From: Candidatus Nomurabacteria bacterium RIFCSPLOWO2_01_FULL_41_12 | GTDB taxonomy: Bacteria; Patescibacteriota; Minisyncoccia; Phycocordibacterales; UBA9973 | Assembly (NCBI GenBank): GCA_001787035.1 | Contig: MFUY01000002.1 | Location: forward strand, 7,355-47,954 | Length of the DNA stretch: 40,600 bases | Direction: 5' to 3' | Part shown: positions 39,943 to 40,600 of the stretch, piece by piece | Layout of the letters: each line of letters begins with the position of its first letter | How positions within the stretch are numbered: position 1 is the stretch's first letter | Notes under the pieces: model-generated | Databases searched by the model: none | Told to the model about the DNA's origin: nothing | Seen by the model: only the letters and a program-made list of their open reading frames with translations | Program-made: the position numbers and the translations under genes

Positions 39943-40600
39943 ATGATACCAAAAAATTTTAGGAAAAAATTTCTTACAAGGACGGTCCTTGGGGAAACTT
40001 CTTTAAGGACCGTCCTTAGACTACTTGGACTTTTAGTCTTAGCTTTTTTGGTTTTTTCTCCGGTAGCGGTAGGGGCGGTTTCGGATGTGCAGTTCAGCAT
40101 TCCCTTCTCCAAATTCAATCCCTACCTCTCTAAACTAAAAGATATAAAGAATGAAATAGTTTCCTCTATTACTTCCGCCACCTCCCAAACAGCCAACATC
40201 TTAGACACCTTCACCGACAATCTCCGAGATGCCTGGAGAGCTTATGTTAATCCTCTGCCTCCTCTCCCGACCAAAGTCCCGACCCGGGTCGGGGCCATCA
40301 TCACCGTCTCTGCCCCTCCCCCAGTCATCTCTGACCAGGCTCTACTGAACGCTCTCTCTATTCTCTTCAATAACAAAGAGATAGCTTCCAGATTCAGAGG
40401 CTCTCCTGGATTACCAGGTCCGGAAGGTAAAGAAGGTCCTCCTGGACCCAAGGGAGAGACAGGCTCCTCCCTCGGCCGTAGCCCTATGGGCGAGGCCTCC
40501 GTCACCTACATACCCTCCAATCCTTCCACTAACTTCGGAGGAGCTTCCATCTTCTCTGTTACAGACTTATCTTCCAATAAATTAATCACCGAGACAGCTA
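39943..40600 (+). CDS. secreted/anchored protein with collagen-like G-X-Y repeats, 3'-truncated by the window end
   Basis: ATG at 39943 and open to nt 40600, so it is absent from the ORF track. MIPKNFRKKF..., TM segment LLGLLVLAFLVFSPVAVGAV, and eight G-X-Y triplets GSPGLPGPEGKEGPPGPKGETGSS at 40399-40470. The minus-strand track ORF 40242..40505 is its antisense shadow. Confidence 0.7.
   Translation, partial: MIPKNFRKKFLTRTVLGETSLRTVLRLLGLLVLAFLVFSPVAVGAVSDVQFSIPFSKFNPYLSKLKDIKNEIVSSITSATSQTANILDTFTDNLRDAWRAYVNPLPPLPTKVPTRVGAIITVSAPPPVISDQALLNALSILFNNKEIASRFRGSPGLPGPEGKEGPPGPKGETGSSLGRSPMGEASVTYIPSNPSTNFGGASIFSVTDLSSNKLITETA
39978..40018. repeat. Family D composite element, copy D5, inside the 5' coding region of the collagen-like gene
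   Basis: AAGGACGGTCCTT-GGGGAAACTTCTTT-AAGGACCGTCCTT. The two arms are exact reverse complements and are read as T-R-T-V-L and L-R-T-V-L. Confidence 0.7.

Noticed and set aside
40242-40505. 87-aa minus-strand ORF rich in Gly/Pro
   Set aside because: It is the antisense shadow of the plus-strand collagen-like G-X-Y region. The plus frame is open for 658 nt from an ATG and has a signal/TM segment.

Overview
Low-GC, gene-dense bacterial window with very short spacers and many ATGA start/stop overlaps. The content and several signatures point to a small Patescibacteria/CPR-type genome, possibly Parcubacteria-like (inference). These signatures are: no rpmD between rpsE and rplO, no rplA after rplK, short r-proteins with Lys-rich tails, and a CofE-like folate gamma-glutamate ligase. 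Gene order: a truncated membrane gene, tRNA-His, tsaC, DUF1003, murB, SIMPL and bPH genes, then secE-nusG-rplK. Next comes a folate/pyrimidine-nucleotide module (membrane protein, RibD_C-like reductase, CofE-like ligase, MazG-like, folA, ThyA-like, zinc deaminase, NDT-like). Then a DEAD-box helicase, a hydrolase, rpmB, an S2P protease and rpsL-rpsG-fusA. A membrane ORF, DedA and pyrD-pyrE-pyrF sit between fusA and tuf. The S10-spc cluster follows (rpsJ to rplO, secY), then an asparaginase-like gene, a histidine phosphatase, two adk paralogs and map. The window ends with a 923-aa T4SS-like P-loop ATPase and a 3'-truncated collagen-like protein gene that is absent from the ORF track. Main anomalies: (1) Two GC-rich modules (about 61-63% G+C by my counts, against 27% in one flanking 60-nt line) are inserted rplB|rpsS and rplE|rpsN. 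Each is preceded by a hairpin at the upstream stop codon and followed by a promoter-like site. The second carries an SD-preceded 36-codon ORF in which 33 of 36 codons end in G or C. (2) At least five families of repeated hairpin or palindromic elements lie in the spacers. One family occludes start codons and shows three compensatory base-pair changes. One family also sits inside coding regions. (3) tuf has one in-frame TGA at an invariant Gly codon. (4) The ThyA homolog has Asp at the Asn177 pyrimidine-specificity position and is translationally coupled to folA. (5) A diverged 18-codon duplicate of the fusA 3' end lies about 650 bp downstream of fusA. No CRISPR array, rRNA, transposase or integrase was seen.
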